DNA from: Eledone cirrhosa | Lineage: Eukaryota | Length of the DNA stretch: 64,000 nucleotides | Reading direction: 5' to 3' | Assembly: GCA_964016885.1 (NCBI GenBank) | Contig: OZ024741.1 | Location: 233,554,001-233,618,000 of the forward strand | Shown: positions 1 through 12,545 of the stretch, piece after piece | How positions within the stretch are numbered: position 1 is the first letter of the stretch | How the letters are laid out: every line of letters starts with the position of its first letter | Made by a program: the position numbers and the translations under genes | Notes under the pieces: generated by a model | Told to the model about the DNA's origin: nothing | Databases searched by the model: none | Seen by the model: the letters and a program-made list of their open reading frames with translations, nothing else

Positions 1-39
1 CTCTGCCCCCATGACTCATTCAGGAAGAAGAAGAAGACA

Positions 40-660
40 CACACAGTGTGTGCTGGGTGCTTTTTGTCATGACTCCTACACAACCACTTTACAGTGTAGG
101 CTGGGTGTATTTTGTTACGACCACTTTACAGTGTGTGCTGGGTGCTTTTTGTCATGACTCCTACACGACCACTTTACAGCGTGGGCTGGATGTTTTTTAA
201 GATACCAACATAACTTTACAGAAGTGGGTGGTGGGTGTAGGGGCATAGGAGGGGGTATAATGATTAAGAGGTGCCTACTAGATGTATGTTTGAGTCCATG
301 CACATGGAAGGAGTGTCTTCTGTATTCTGCATAACACCAAAAATCTCAATCATGTGTCATTGTCTTTGAGAGGTGCAATCGTGCAAGGTCAGCTTTTACC
401 ACCTCGCCCCAGATCTTTCTGAGTCTTCCTGCTCCATAGTTTCCATCAATTTTGATAGCCCTGTTCCTTTTTATAAAGCTGTCGTCCTTCATACGCATCA
501 CATGACCATACCAACGCAATCTCCTGTCTAGCAGACTACATCTGATCGCTCTTATGCCTAATTTATCTCTCAGTTCATTTACGATTTGCCATTCATGTAT
601 ATTACTATTACACATCCATCAGGACATGCATGCTTCATTTCTTTCCAGTCTTCCAATTTT
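40..660 (-). mobile_element. RTE-clade LINE 3' fragment (PHD-RT family) with ~50-bp tandem 3' UTR units
   Basis: ORF 346-615 (RRLRWYGHVMRM..GRLRKIW) matches the C-terminus of the other copies; 40-230 holds reverse-complement CCACACTGTAAAGTGG units. Confidence 0.85.
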
Positions 661-1359
661 AGTAGAGGTGATTCTTTGTAGACCAAACGCACTGCTATTT
701 CTAGCATTCCTGTTGGCCTGTCTGTATCCTCATATTATTATATTCCTCACCATGTGCATTCAAATCCTATTGTGAATGTATGGTGACTAGTCTTATATAA
801 TGTGTTTAGTAAGATGAAAATTCTACTGACAATTGAGTGTTTCATCTTATGGCTCCATCCATTTTTATTTTCACTCATAAAACAGCTGTATAGAATATTG
901 AAATCTTGGAATTTTACCATTCTTATGTAAGTTTTTATTTACTTGCTCTCCAATTTGAAAATAATCGAAATTTTACCATCTGTCTAAGTTCTTTGACTTG
1001 CTATCCGATTTTTCTTTGGCAATGAATCTATTTATATATATATATGTGTGTGTATATGGATGGTAAGAATCGATCATATAACAACATTTCTCTCAGATCT
1101 TTTTATACCATTGCCCCAGTATAATCGTACATAATGTGGATAAATTTGTCTAGACAATATATTACCCTTGAATTTATGTGTGTGTGTGTGGGTGTGTATT
1201 GAGAGAGGTGAGTTGCAATATTCTCAAGATGCAAATAAATCAAATGACATTTCAGATGTAAATATCAGCTTATAAAATGGAAAGAATCTACAATATTAAT
1301 TCTAGAATACCAGCAATTATCAGCAAACTGTTTTGTTTTTTTCAGCCTGTGATGTTCAA

Positions 1360-1560
1360 AATATTTTGGGCAAGTTGGGCCACTGACAACAAAGTTCTTG
1401 TCATTGTTGACTGCTCACCATGTCATGGTATCAGGTGATGCCAGTGAAGGTGCTTGGTTATTCCACCACCTCAGCCTCTCTATCACTCACAGCAATTCTG
1501 CAAGTGTGTTGGCTTGCCTAAAAACTTGTTAGTGGGAAGCTCCAATCCCTCATGTAATGG
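1360..1560 (+). mobile_element. Degraded CRE-like retrotransposon C-terminal fragment
   Basis: Translates as VSGDASEGAWLFHHLSLSITHSNSASVLA, resembling the end of restriction-like-endonuclease elements; similar to 32925-33130. Confidence 0.55.
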
Positions 1561-1829
1561 CATGTGACTAAGTGTTTTTCTTCTTTTATTATCCCCACCT
1601 CATGTTTTTTTTTTAGTTCTGTGTCTACGTGTGAAAGAAAATTTATTAAAGTTGTAACTAAATACAACAAAACATTTTGTTTGATGCTCTACCAATTCTG
1701 TCAATCCACTGCCCTCAATAATGATTTCTAATATAGACACAAGGCTAGCAATTTTAAGGGAAGGACATGTCAATTATATCAATCAGTGCTTTATTTACTG
1801 GTACTTTATTTTATCAACAAAGGCGCCTG

Positions 1830-2148
1830 AAGACAAAAGCACCCAGTCCCAACAGTAAAGTGGTCATGTAGGTGGCACAACAAAAAGCGTCCTGTCCACA
1901 CTGTAAAGTGGTCGTGTTGGCTACATGACAAAAAGTGCCCAGTCCACACTGCAAAGTGGTCGTATAAGATGTCACAACAAAAAGCACCTAGCACACACTG
2001 TAAATGTGGTTGGCATTAAGAAGCGTATCCAGCTGTAGAAACCAAGCCAAAATCAGTTCTGTGTGAACAAACAACGGTCCTCCTACCTGATCTCTCACAA
2101 AGAGAAAACCTGTCCTACCCATGTTAGCATGGAAAATAGAAGTCAACC

Positions 2149-2180
<32 letters not shown>
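1830..2180 (+). mobile_element. RTE-derived 3' end: three ~50-bp units, AGAAGCGTATCC box and (GAT)n tail
   Basis: Same modules as the 3' ends at 30000-30370 and 30960-31330. Confidence 0.8.
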
Positions 2181-2181
<1 letters not shown>

Positions 2182-2419
2182 CTCATTCTTTATTGGTGGT
2201 TAAAAGGATGAAAGGTGAAGTTGACCTCAGTGGGATTTGAACTCAGAACATAAAGAGTCGCAACAAATACTGCTAAGCATTAGCTTGATGCTCTAACAAC
2301 TCTGAATAATCCACTGCCACACCAACTTAATAATGAGAAAGTTAGATGTATAACTAAATCCATCCAAATTCTTGATTATTTTCAAAATTATTTGAAAGCC
2401 AAAGACAGTATCTAGAAAT

Positions 2420-2620
2420 ATGATTTCAACTATAGGCACAAGGTCAGCAATTTTGGGGAGGGGAAAGTTGATTAAATCGACTCCTGGGCATTACTGGTGC
2501 TTTATTTTATTGACCTTGTAAGGATGAAAGGCAAAGCTAGCCTCGGCAGGATTTGAACTCAAACCATAACTCTATGCTGCAAAACATGGTGTCCAATGCT
2601 CTACTGTACTACCAATTCAT
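2420..2620 (-). mobile_element. tRNA-derived SINE (GCCTTTCATCC..GATAAAATAA(A)GTACCAG family); partial copies at ~1715-1820, 2180-2320 and 31630-31692
   Basis: B-box GAGTTCAAATCC on minus strand; central domain shared with 6525-6707. Confidence 0.75.
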
Positions 2621-2866
2621 CACCCTTACTGCCAATCCAGCGCATTAGAAATATGGTAATGAAAGGGTTAAACCTATAAAAGACATATATATGTAGAAAA
2701 TAGATTGAGAAATGAATGTTGAAGCTATTTATAAGTATATATATTACATCACAACATATATAAACAGCACACAGTGACACGTCTAATGGCATGTTTCACT
2801 GTGTTAGACTATATAAAATGCTTTCCTATTCTTACCTAAAGAATTAACAGAAACTACAACACTAAC

Positions 2867-2913
<47 letters not shown>

Positions 2914-3344
2914 ATAGCAACACATTACTATTTGCTGTGGTATGCAACATGTGTCATACAGTGAACTTTAAACACTGTGTCATACTGAAAACATTCTTTA
3001 TATGCTATAAGATGAGGAAGGGGAAAGTGGTGGTGATATATATATGAGTAGCATTTTCCCCATCTCATCTTATAGCATATAAAGAATGTTTTCAGTATGA
3101 CACAATGCTTAAAGTTCGCTGTATGACACATATTGTAGGAAAAACTTCAAATGATGATGATGATGATGATGATGATTATGGTACCATCATCATCATCATA
3201 GCTTTTACACTGACTTTTCTACGCTGGCATGGGTTGAACACTTTTTGAGGCAATGTTTTACTTCATAATACCAACCCTTTTAGTTGCTTCTTATGACACA
3301 CAAAAATATTGTATACCTATTCTAAACCAGATACAGATATATAT

Positions 3345-3680
3345 CATCATCATCATCACCGTTTTACATCCTTTCTTCAACGCTAGCATGGGTTAAATGA
3401 GTTGTCCTGTTGTCGGCAATGCCAAGTCTGGTGACCATGTCTTGCTCATACAGAACTGATTTTGGCTTGATTTCTACAGCTGGATGCCCTTCCTAACGCC
3501 AACCTCATTTACAGTGAGTGCTGGGTGCTTTTTTTCCGTGGCGCCTACACGACCACTTTACAGTATGGGGGGGGGATACTGTCTATATGCTTCAGCTTTG
3601 GCTTGTACCCATGGGAAGTCGAGTCTTCTGTATTACTGTGTAACGCCAGAGGTCTCAGTACTGCGTCATCGCCTTTGAGA
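3345..3680 (-). mobile_element. Short RTE 3' fragment
   Basis: Near-identical to the 3' end of the adjacent 3686-4965 copy; (CAT)n tail. Confidence 0.85.
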
Positions 3681-3685
3681 TATAT

Positions 3686-4965
3686 CATCATCATCATCAT
3701 CGTTTTACGTCCGTTCTTCCACGCTAGCATGGGTTAGACGGGTTGTCCTGTTGTGGGCAGTGTCTGGTCGGCTGACCATGCCTTGCTCATACAGGAACTA
3801 ATCTGGCTTGATTTCTACAGCTGGATGCCCTTCCTAACACCAACCTCATTTACAGTGAGTGCTGGGTGCTTTTTCGTGGCGCCTACACGTCCACTTTACA
3901 GTGTGGGCTGGGTGCTTTTTCATGGCGCCTACATGTCCACTTTACAGTGTGGGCTGGGTGCTTTTTTGCCGTGGCACCTCCACGACCACCTTGCGGTGGG
4001 GGGTGTGGGGGCATATTGTTTATATGCTTCAGCATGTACCCATGGGAGGTCGGGTACCCTGTATTACTGCGTGACGCCAGAAGTCACGGTCGTGTGTCAT
4101 TGACTTTGAGAGGTGTAGTTGGGTAAGGTCGGCTTTTATCACCTCATCCCAAGTCATCTTGGGTCTCCCCACTCCGCGGTTTCCATCAACTTCTAGTGCT
4201 CTGCACCTTTTTATGCAGCTGTCATCCTTCATACGCATCACATGTCCATACCAGCGTAACCGCCTCTCCTGCACGCAGCATTTGATTCCTCTTATGCTCA
4301 GTCTCTCTCTCAATTCCTTTATGCTTTGTCGTTCACATATATTACTGTTACACATCCATCGGAGCATGCAGGCTTCGTTTCTCTCTAATCTACGTAAGTC
4401 TTCCACCTTCAGCGCCCAGGTCTCACTACCATGCAACATCGCTGTTCGGATACACGCATCATACAGTCTGCCTTTCATTCTGAGGGAGAAGCCTTTTGCA
4501 GCTAGCAGTGGTAGTAGTTCCCTAAACTTCTTCCATCCCGTTCTTACCCTAGTTATTGTGCCTTCTGAGCACCCACCTCCGTTGCTAATTCGGTCACCTA
4601 GGTAGCAGAAGCTGTCTACTGTTTCTACAGGGCCCTCCCAGAGATTGGTGGTACTTGTTTCCTGTGGCTGTTTGCTTGCTGTTTCAGCACAGCTGCTGCA
4701 TGTGAATCCTACATTCTTAATTAAGCTTCCTGAGATCCCGCTACATCTCTTGTGTACCCATTGTTTGCATTTGGGGCAGAGAATGGAGTTCCTACCTACA
4801 CCTTTCCTACATACTGAGCAAGGCCATTTCCCTGAGGGGATCTGAGTTCTGTTTTCTCGTCTACTTACAAGGACCTTAGTCTTTGTCATGTTGACTTTGA
4901 GGCCCTTTCTCTCTAGTCCCTGCTTCCAGGTTTGGAATTTATTCTCTAGTTCTACCATAGATTCA
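3686..4965 (-). mobile_element. 5'-truncated RTE LINE (PHD-RT family)
   Basis: 309-aa ORF 4029-4958: end of RT, C4HC3 finger, FCYLG, RRLRWYGHV; repeat-containing 3' UTR and (GAT)n tail. Confidence 0.93.
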
Positions 4966-6524
4966 TATATATATATATTTATTCTCTAGTTCTACCATAG
5001 ATTCAATATATATATATTTATATATATATTATATATATATATATGAAGTCTATGTGTATCTGGTTTAAAATAGATACACAATATTCCTGTATGTCATTAG
5101 GTGTTAGTGCTGGTGCCACAACAAAAAGCACTCAGTACACATATTGTGCCACACAAAGTGTACTCAGTTCAATCAGTATTTATACTGGTTCCACAGGAAA
5201 TAACACTCAGTCCACTCTGTAAGATGGTAGTGCTAGTGACCACAAAAAAGCTCCCATTACACAATGTGAGGTGGTTGGTATTAGGAAGGGCATTCATCAG
5301 TGAAATTGGAAATGTAAATTCACTTACCTTGCCAGTACTACCCTAATCTTAACTCTTATCTAGCAGCATACATCTGTGAAACTCTACCTAGCCAGAAATT
5401 CTCAGGTCTACTTAGAGCTCACCTACGGACATGTTTACATGCTATCCAGCCGAAGAACAGATGCTGTTGAAGAAAGCAGATGTTGTCTTGTCTTCGGCTC
5501 ACATGATGCCATTGCTCCTCATGCTTCCTACAAGGCCCCTATAATTCTACACAAGCCATAGAAAACCAAGCTAAAAATGGAACACATGACCTGTCAGGCC
5601 TCAATGTACCAGACTGGCTAACCCATAGAAAATAGGTGTTAAACAGTGATGATGATGATATGGGGATTATATTGTCACAATTTGGGTTTTTTTGGGGTTT
5701 TTTTTGCTTACTTGCTTTACCCAGTATGAGCTTTATAGGGTTTATCAGTCTAGTTGAGGGGTTATTATGGAAGTTGGGTCTGTGGTCTTTAAAGGTAATA
5801 GTGGAGGGTTTTTAGTGCTCAATAGCTTACCCTATCATTAGGGATGAATTAAAGCAACTAGAAGCCCTGGACTAGAGAATATTTTGGGTCCCCAAACTTA
5901 CTTGCAAAAAGTTTAATGAAAATTAAAAGTACATGAGTGTAGTTCTATACAGAGAATGATGCTAAGATTCCATATAATGGATTTACCCACCTTAAATGAA
6001 AAATGGGATAACTGGCCATGTCAAGGCTCCTTCTGATAATACCATTCATGTGGAACCATGGTGCAGGGTCTGAAGTGGGTGCACTTATCATGAAGATGTT
6101 TCATGAAGATGGCACCAAATTGAACCAGGCTCCACAGTTTGGCTGTGAGACAAACTGGAGGCAGGTGGCACAGTTTTGCTTTGGGAAGACTTGACTGTTG
6201 TACAGGTTAAACTGCACCTGGTGTTGTTCCAGTTGCAAGGGTAGCCTGCATACTGGGAGACAGTAAGGTCATTGTCAATTCAGACAGCCAGAGCTGGCTT
6301 GTACATCACTTTTCTATATTTCCTTCTTCCAGTCACTTCTATATTCTAACACACTTTTCCTTGCCCTCCTCTCTCAATCTTTTCTATATTGTCTCTCTGC
6401 TGACTGCTGGTCACTGGTCGCTGTCTTTTAAGGCATTTGGCTGTTTTAGCAACTGTTCTAGTGATGAGTTTCCTCATTTTTCTATGGTTTATTATTTCTT
6501 TTTGTGTTGTATTATTTCGTCTGT

Positions 6525-6707
6525 GGTGGATTGGCAGTATCGGTAGAGGGTCGGACGCCATGCTTTGACACATAGAGTTACGGCCCTTGCCATTCTGAGT
6601 TCAAATCCCGCCAAGGTTAACTTTGCCTTTCATCCTTATGGAGTCGATAAAATAAAGTACCAGTAATACACTGGTTAATTGCTGGCCTTGTGCCTAACGT
6701 AGAAACA
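6525..6707 (+). mobile_element. tRNA-derived SINE with 14-bp target-site duplication
   Basis: A-box-like TGGCAGTATCGG, B-box GAGTTCAAATCC; ATTATTTCGTCTGT at 6511-6524 and 6708-6721. Confidence 0.85.
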
Positions 6708-6759
6708 ATTATTTCGTCTGTAGTCTGTAGTTCTTGCTATCATCACATTTCCTTTGCTG

Positions 6760-7200
6760 TTGGTCAGAGCAACACTTTGAATTCATACCGCCAAACACTG
6801 GCACCAGTAAATCTAAATATAAATATTTAGAACCTGTAGAACCTGTCTTTTAGTACATCTGGCAGACTGAGGGGCATAAGCAGATATAATTGACACGGTT
6901 TTTTTATTTAGTACTAGTCTAATTTTAATGATTCTGTCGTTCACTCTATTTACAGCAATTACTTTATCTGCCCATTTTCTTCTAACATGATCCCTACACC
7001 ATCCAGCCCATTGTCATTTTCCACCCAGAAAAATCTATAACATAGATTTTTGCCCTCAAGGAATCTAGCTGACCTTTCCCTCTATCTAGCCCCTTGTACG
7101 CAGCATACATCAACTTTCTTTTGTTCAAGCATCTCTACAATCTCTCTTGATCTTCTTCTCATTGTGACTATATTGATGGTGCCAGCTCTGAAGTTATGGA
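6760..7200 (-). mobile_element. Degraded RTE APE-endonuclease N-terminal fragment
   Basis: Minus strand reads GTINIVTMRRRSREIVEMLEQKKVDVCCVQG, paralleling the start of the ORF at 35647. Confidence 0.7.
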
Positions 7201-7570
7201 GTTTACCAGAAGAGGGAGAGGAAGAAGATGAAACTTTGGGGAGGGGAATGAGAGATGAATTGGTGTTGGTTTGGGTTTTCCATATCCCAAATAAAGAGGA
7301 GTGTTTGCATGGAAGGTGGATTCTTATTCATCTTTAAGAATGCTTCAACTCTCCAACTCTATAGTCAATTTATCATACAAAACAACATTTAGGCCCATAA
7401 CAATGGTTAGCAGAAGAAGAAGTAGTTATTGCAACAGAAATTGGGTTTTACAATGTAATGTATTTGCGCTGCTGATTTTTGATTATATATATATATATAT
7501 ATACAAATTAGCAGTAGGGGAGGACTAAAAGTGTAATAGCCAGAATCGAAACAGTTTGGACAAAGTTTAG

Positions 7571-7643
7571 AGATTAAAGTTTAAGCAAAGAATCGCTGCT
7601 TTCACCCTTAACGGGATCTTCTGAAACTAAAAAAATCAATCTG
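7571..7643 (-). ncRNA. Type I hammerhead-ribozyme fold, antisense copy (CAGAAGA core)
   Basis: Reverse complement of 7926-8000. Confidence 0.55.
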
Positions 7644-7925
7644 TGAACGCAGAAGTAAATATTTCAAAAAATGTTGTAACCAAAGGAAGACAGGAAGACG
7701 ATACTTTGGTTCGTGGAAACGTTCCCTGGCAAAGAACAGAGAAAACGAAGATAATACGTCATTATTTGTCTTTGTGTGTAATTGTTTTCACCGCTCCAAA
7801 TAATGACGTATTATCTTCATTTTTTTTTTCATTCTTTGCCAGGGAATGTTTCCACGAACCAAAGTATCGTCTTCCTGTCTTCCTTCGGTTGCAACGTTTT
7901 TTGGAAATATTTACTTCTGCGTTCA

Positions 7926-8000
7926 CAGACTGATTTTTTTTAGTTTCAGAAGATCCCGTTAAGGGTGAAAGCAGCGATTCTTTGCTTAAACTTTAATCTG
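7926..8000 (+). ncRNA. Type I hammerhead-ribozyme fold (variant core CAGAAGA)
   Basis: Stem I AGTTT/AAACT, CAGAAGA, stem II CCC-GTTAA-GGG, GAAA, stem III AGCA/TGCT, putative site CUU. Confidence 0.6.
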
Positions 8001-8008
8001 TTATTTTA

Positions 8009-8065
<57 letters not shown>

Positions 8066-8432
8066 AGATTCTAAATATAAAGTGAGGAAAAAACTTTGAT
8101 CAACTGTTTATACTCAAATTTTAAAGGCAGAAACGCAGTTTATAGACATTAAAATCTAAAAGGAGCAAGTAAGAAACGTAACTCCAACAATATCAGCATA
8201 TACTCACAGAAATATATGACTGAGTACATATATGCATGAGCATGTCGCAAACATTTTACACACACATACATATATACACACACACACATATACACACACA
8301 TAGTGGCAGCTTCCAAAACCATGTAGGTATCCACTTACCATCACTTCTGTGTCTATATTTGACTAAACAGTAAATCTATATACTACCCTTTTCTCTCTCT
8401 CCCTCTCTCTCTCTCTCGCTAATCTATCTATG

Positions 8433-8494
8433 TATTTATATCTGTCACCCATCCTCTCTCTTTCTCCTTGAGTGTATTTACACATAGTACCTAC

Positions 8495-8528
<34 letters not shown>

Positions 8529-8573
8529 ATTTAGATAGCTACCCACGGGCTAGAGCAGGTAAGGGAACACACA

Positions 8574-8609
<36 letters not shown>

Positions 8610-8870
8610 TATGTGTAAATACACTATATATATATATATACCCATGCTAGCATGGAAAATAGACATTAAACGATGATGATGATGATGATATATATATATA
8701 TAGTATGTGTGTGTTCCCTTACCTGTTTTAGTCAATGGGTAGCTATATATATACGTATATATATATATGTGGGTAGCTATCTACACACATATATATATAT
8801 ATATACATGTATGTACTATGTGTAAATACACACTTAAGGAGCAATAGACAGGATGGGTGACATATGAATA
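8433..8870. repeat. Microsatellite-studded palindrome/MITE-like element with an RTE tail inserted (8641-8690)
   Basis: TGTCACCCATCC..AGTGTATTTACACATAGTAC..GGTAAGGGAACACAC mirrored on the right arm. Confidence 0.7.
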
Positions 8871-9048
<178 letters not shown>

Positions 9049-10081
9049 TAAAATCCTGGACTGCCGCACCAAGTACAAACATAAGTATATAAATATACTT
9101 ATATGAATATACACCTATGTGTGAGTCTGTGCAACTCTACTCATTTCTCCCCCCCCTTCTCTCTCTCTCTCTCTCTCTCTCTCGTTTCTTTATCCCATCC
9201 ACCATCACCAGCACAGAAAACCAACAATAACAATAACAATAACAACTATACCCCTCTCCAACAGACATCTAAAACACAGTGAAGGCGTTTGTTTAAATCA
9301 CATTTCTACTTCTGCATATCTCTCTCTCTCTCTCTTTCACATGCCCACTCTCTCTCTCTCTCTTTTTCTCTTTTTCTTCCCCCACCTTCCTTCTTCTAGC
9401 AAGGACTGGAATATTGAGCATAGATTGGGGGGGGGGGGGTTATTCATGTTGCCATGACACCGCCTGTTCTGAATAACACATTCTTCCATTCCCTGTTCAC
9501 ACCCGGCTGGGAGCAGTAATACAAGTTTACACCCCCACCTCACCATGTTGCCCCCTTCTCTCTCTCTCTCGCTCTCTCTAGAGACAGAGAGAGAGAGAGA
9601 GAGAGAGATTATGAAAGTCACCGAATTTATTTTAGTGACCCCCACCCACCTGGCCATAGCTCACACACTCAATGTGATAACAAGTGTGCAGTTTATAGGT
9701 TGCACATTGCATTGCGGAGCAGACATAATTAGTTACTGAGTTTTATGGCAGTGTTCAGGTATTAATTACACTGATCAATCTCCTTGACTAAATTCTATTT
9801 CATTGTAATCTTCCACCTATAACAGTTATTAAATGTGTTATATGCAGAGGATTGTGCAATATCAGCAAATCTTATGCAATCTAAGATAATTACAACTCAT
9901 CAGCAGGGTGCCTGTACACTAACATATCGGTCTTTAATGTGTACACGACAAGCGAGTCCGCTAACTTCCCAATTCTAGCAGTTCACTGTCATGTCAGCAC
10001 GCGACCTCCAAAATGGAGGAAGATGGTTGTGGAAAGATACACTGATTGGTTGGTAGAATTCAAACAACTAATATATATATA

Positions 10082-10251
10082 CAGACCGGCCAACGTCTAA
10101 AAACCTAAATGGGGAGTATCATGAAAAAAAGTGCCCCAAAACGGGGAAAAATGAGGCAAAATGGGGAGATTTTACGTACTGAAGACATCTCTCACCTACC
10201 CCAAAGTAAGTGGGAGATCTCCCCTTCGGACAGGGAGAGATGACATGTCTG
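10082..10251. mobile_element. hAT-like MITE
   Basis: Termini CAGACCGGCCAAC / GATGACATGTCTG; second copy in opposite orientation at 32645-32789. Confidence 0.7.
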
Positions 10252-10611
10252 ATATATATGTGTGTATATACACACATATGCATATATAAAAAAGTTAGTC
10301 CTCAGAAGATACAATTTTTCTTTTAGACTTGCTGAATCCCAGGTTATTGTATAATCATTTATAGTGCTTCTGAATATGTACATTATTTAATAATGCTTTA
10401 TTATACTCAATATTTTTCCTTTTCAATTAAATTGAAATAATATAAGTATTAATTGAAAAGATGTACTGGGATATTTGTAAAGCTATTAAATATTTTAAAG
10501 AATTCTACTCTCTCATCTAATATATATATCAATCAATCAATATTTATTATTTCAAATGAAATAATAGAACGCAGAGAAATATGTGCACATACAACATAAA
10601 CCATATTAAAA

Positions 10612-10793
10612 TAATTGTTTTTACTTTTGGCACAAGGCCAGCAATTATCCCAGTGCATTACTGGTACTTTATTTTATCGACCCCGTAAGGATGAAAGGCA
10701 AAGTTAACCTCGGCGGGATTTGAACTCAGATCGTAAAGGCCCGTAACTCCATGCTGCAAAGCATGGTATCCAACCCTCTACCGATACTGCCAT
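10612..10793 (-). mobile_element. tRNA-derived SINE (same family as 6525-6707)
   Basis: Reverse-complement similarity along the whole length. Confidence 0.8.
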
Positions 10794-11021
10794 AATGTTG
10801 TAATGTCAGGAGGGAGATAAAATAAGAACTGACCAAGTGTTTCTATCATTGGTTTTTACCTGAATTGCGGTGACTTTTGCATTCAGTTCTTTTGTGACCA
10901 TTTTTTGGAGCGTGGTCTTTGGTCTTTGTCTCTTGCGGCGACCTCCTGGTAGTTGATGATTCAGAAGATATATATGTTTATATGTGTGTATATATATATA
11001 CATGTATATATATATGTAGGT

Positions 11022-11220
11022 AACACGGTAAAAACCTCCCAGTCCACACTGTAAATGTGGTTGGTTTTAGGAAGGGCAGCCAGTCGTAGAAAACCTGCCA
11101 GACAGTCTTATACGAGCGAGACACGGTCATCTGACCAATCTTGCCTCAAGTGGGACAATTCCCATCTAAACCCATGCTAGCATGGAAGATAGACGTTAAA
11201 CGATGATGATGATGATGATA
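11022..11220 (+). mobile_element. RTE 3' tail fragment
   Basis: Matches 12200-12400; (GAT)n tail. Confidence 0.8.
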
Positions 11221-11508
11221 TATAATTGAATATAATAAAGAGAGATAAACATATATATATATACATATGTGTTCAAAATTATTTTTAAGGGACCAAATTC
11301 GCTAGGGTGAATAGTATACTAACTATAAACAATATGGTTTGCTAGACTCAATTAAAAGACTAAATTAAGTAAAAATACAAATGGATTGCAATAACTATTT
11401 TTTCTTTTAATTGAGTCTGGCAAACTGTATTGTTTATAGTTACTAAACTATTCACCCTAGCGAATTTGGTCCTTTATAATTTTGAACACAGATATGTGTA
11501 TATATGTT
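11221..11508. repeat. Palindrome (~110-bp arms) whose right arm resumes at 12401-12432 after an RTE insertion
   Basis: 11248-11359 mirrors 11403-11508; 11221-11251 mirrors 12402-12432. Confidence 0.75.
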
Positions 11509-12400
11509 ATACCACTGTTGGCCACAAAAGGTTTCTCTCTAAAAATGAAAGGCAGATTGTATGATGCTTGTATACGAACAGCAATGTTACATGGCAGTGA
11601 GAGATGGGCATTGCGTGCAGAGGACCTGCGTAGACTGGAAAGAAACGAAGCATGCATGCTCCGTTGGATGTGTAATAGTAATATACGTGAACGGCAAAGC
11701 ATAAATGAACTAAGTGAGAAATTAGGACTAAGAGGGATCAGATGCTCTTTACTTGAGAGAAGACTACGTTGGTATGGCCACGTGATGCGCGTGAAAGACG
11801 ACAGCTGTATAAAAAAGTGCAGGGCGATCAAAATTGATGGTAGTTACGGAGTAGGTAGACCCAGAAAAACCTGGGACGATCTGATAAATTCCGACCTTAC
11901 ATACTTGCACCTCTCTAAGACAATGTCACTGGACCGAGATCTTTGACGCTACGCAGTAATACAGAAGACCCGCCTTGCCTATGTACAAAGCGAAACCTAC
12001 AGTCAGTAGGCACCTCTTAACCAAATATATACCCCAATCCACTTCCCCTACCCTATCCTCCCACTCCCACCAACCTCTCTCTATAAAGTTGGTACTACAA
12101 CATCCAGTCCAAATAAATGAGATAAATGAGATGGAGATCGAGATTGTGTAGGTGTCACGAGAAAAAAAAACACAGTCCACGCTGTAATGTGGCCATGTAG
12201 GTAAAACAGTAAAAAGTTCCCAGTTCCACACTATAAATGTGGTTGGTGTTAGGAAGGGCATCCAGCCGTAGAAAACCTGCCAGATAGTCCTATATGAGCG
12301 AGACATGGTCACCCGACCAACCTTGCCTCAAGTGGGACAACTCCCATCTAACCCATGCTAGCATGGAAAATGGACGTTAAACGAAGATGATGATGATGAT
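11509..12400 (+). mobile_element. 5'-truncated RTE LINE
   Basis: ORF 11482-11946 is the family C-terminus; 3' UTR units; (GAT)n tail. Confidence 0.9.
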
Positions 12401-12545
12401 GTGTTTATCTCCCTTTATTATATTGAATTATATTACACGGCCTGGAAAATTTTTTTCCTTGAGCTATTTTAATTGTAAGGGACCACTCTGAGTTCCTAAT
12501 TCAATATATTCTGAGTTTCAAGCTCAATATATACTTTATATATAT

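Larger units (their letters stand above)
7571..8015. mobile_element. Penelope-like pseudo-LTR in inverted duplication (~200-bp arms, 28-nt loop)
   Basis: 7571-7768 is the reverse complement of 7797-7999; same sequence recurs at 50936-51500 next to a Neptune-like ORF start. Confidence 0.75.

Noticed and set aside
1840-2010. ~50-bp repeats as a CRISPR-like array
   Set aside because: No unique spacers; contiguous degenerate units inside LINE UTRs; no cas genes
4159-4605. Recurrent antisense ORFs opposite the RTE C-terminus (also 29414-29788, 55158-55640)
   Set aside because: Shadow frames of a repeated coding sequence; starts and lengths are inconsistent
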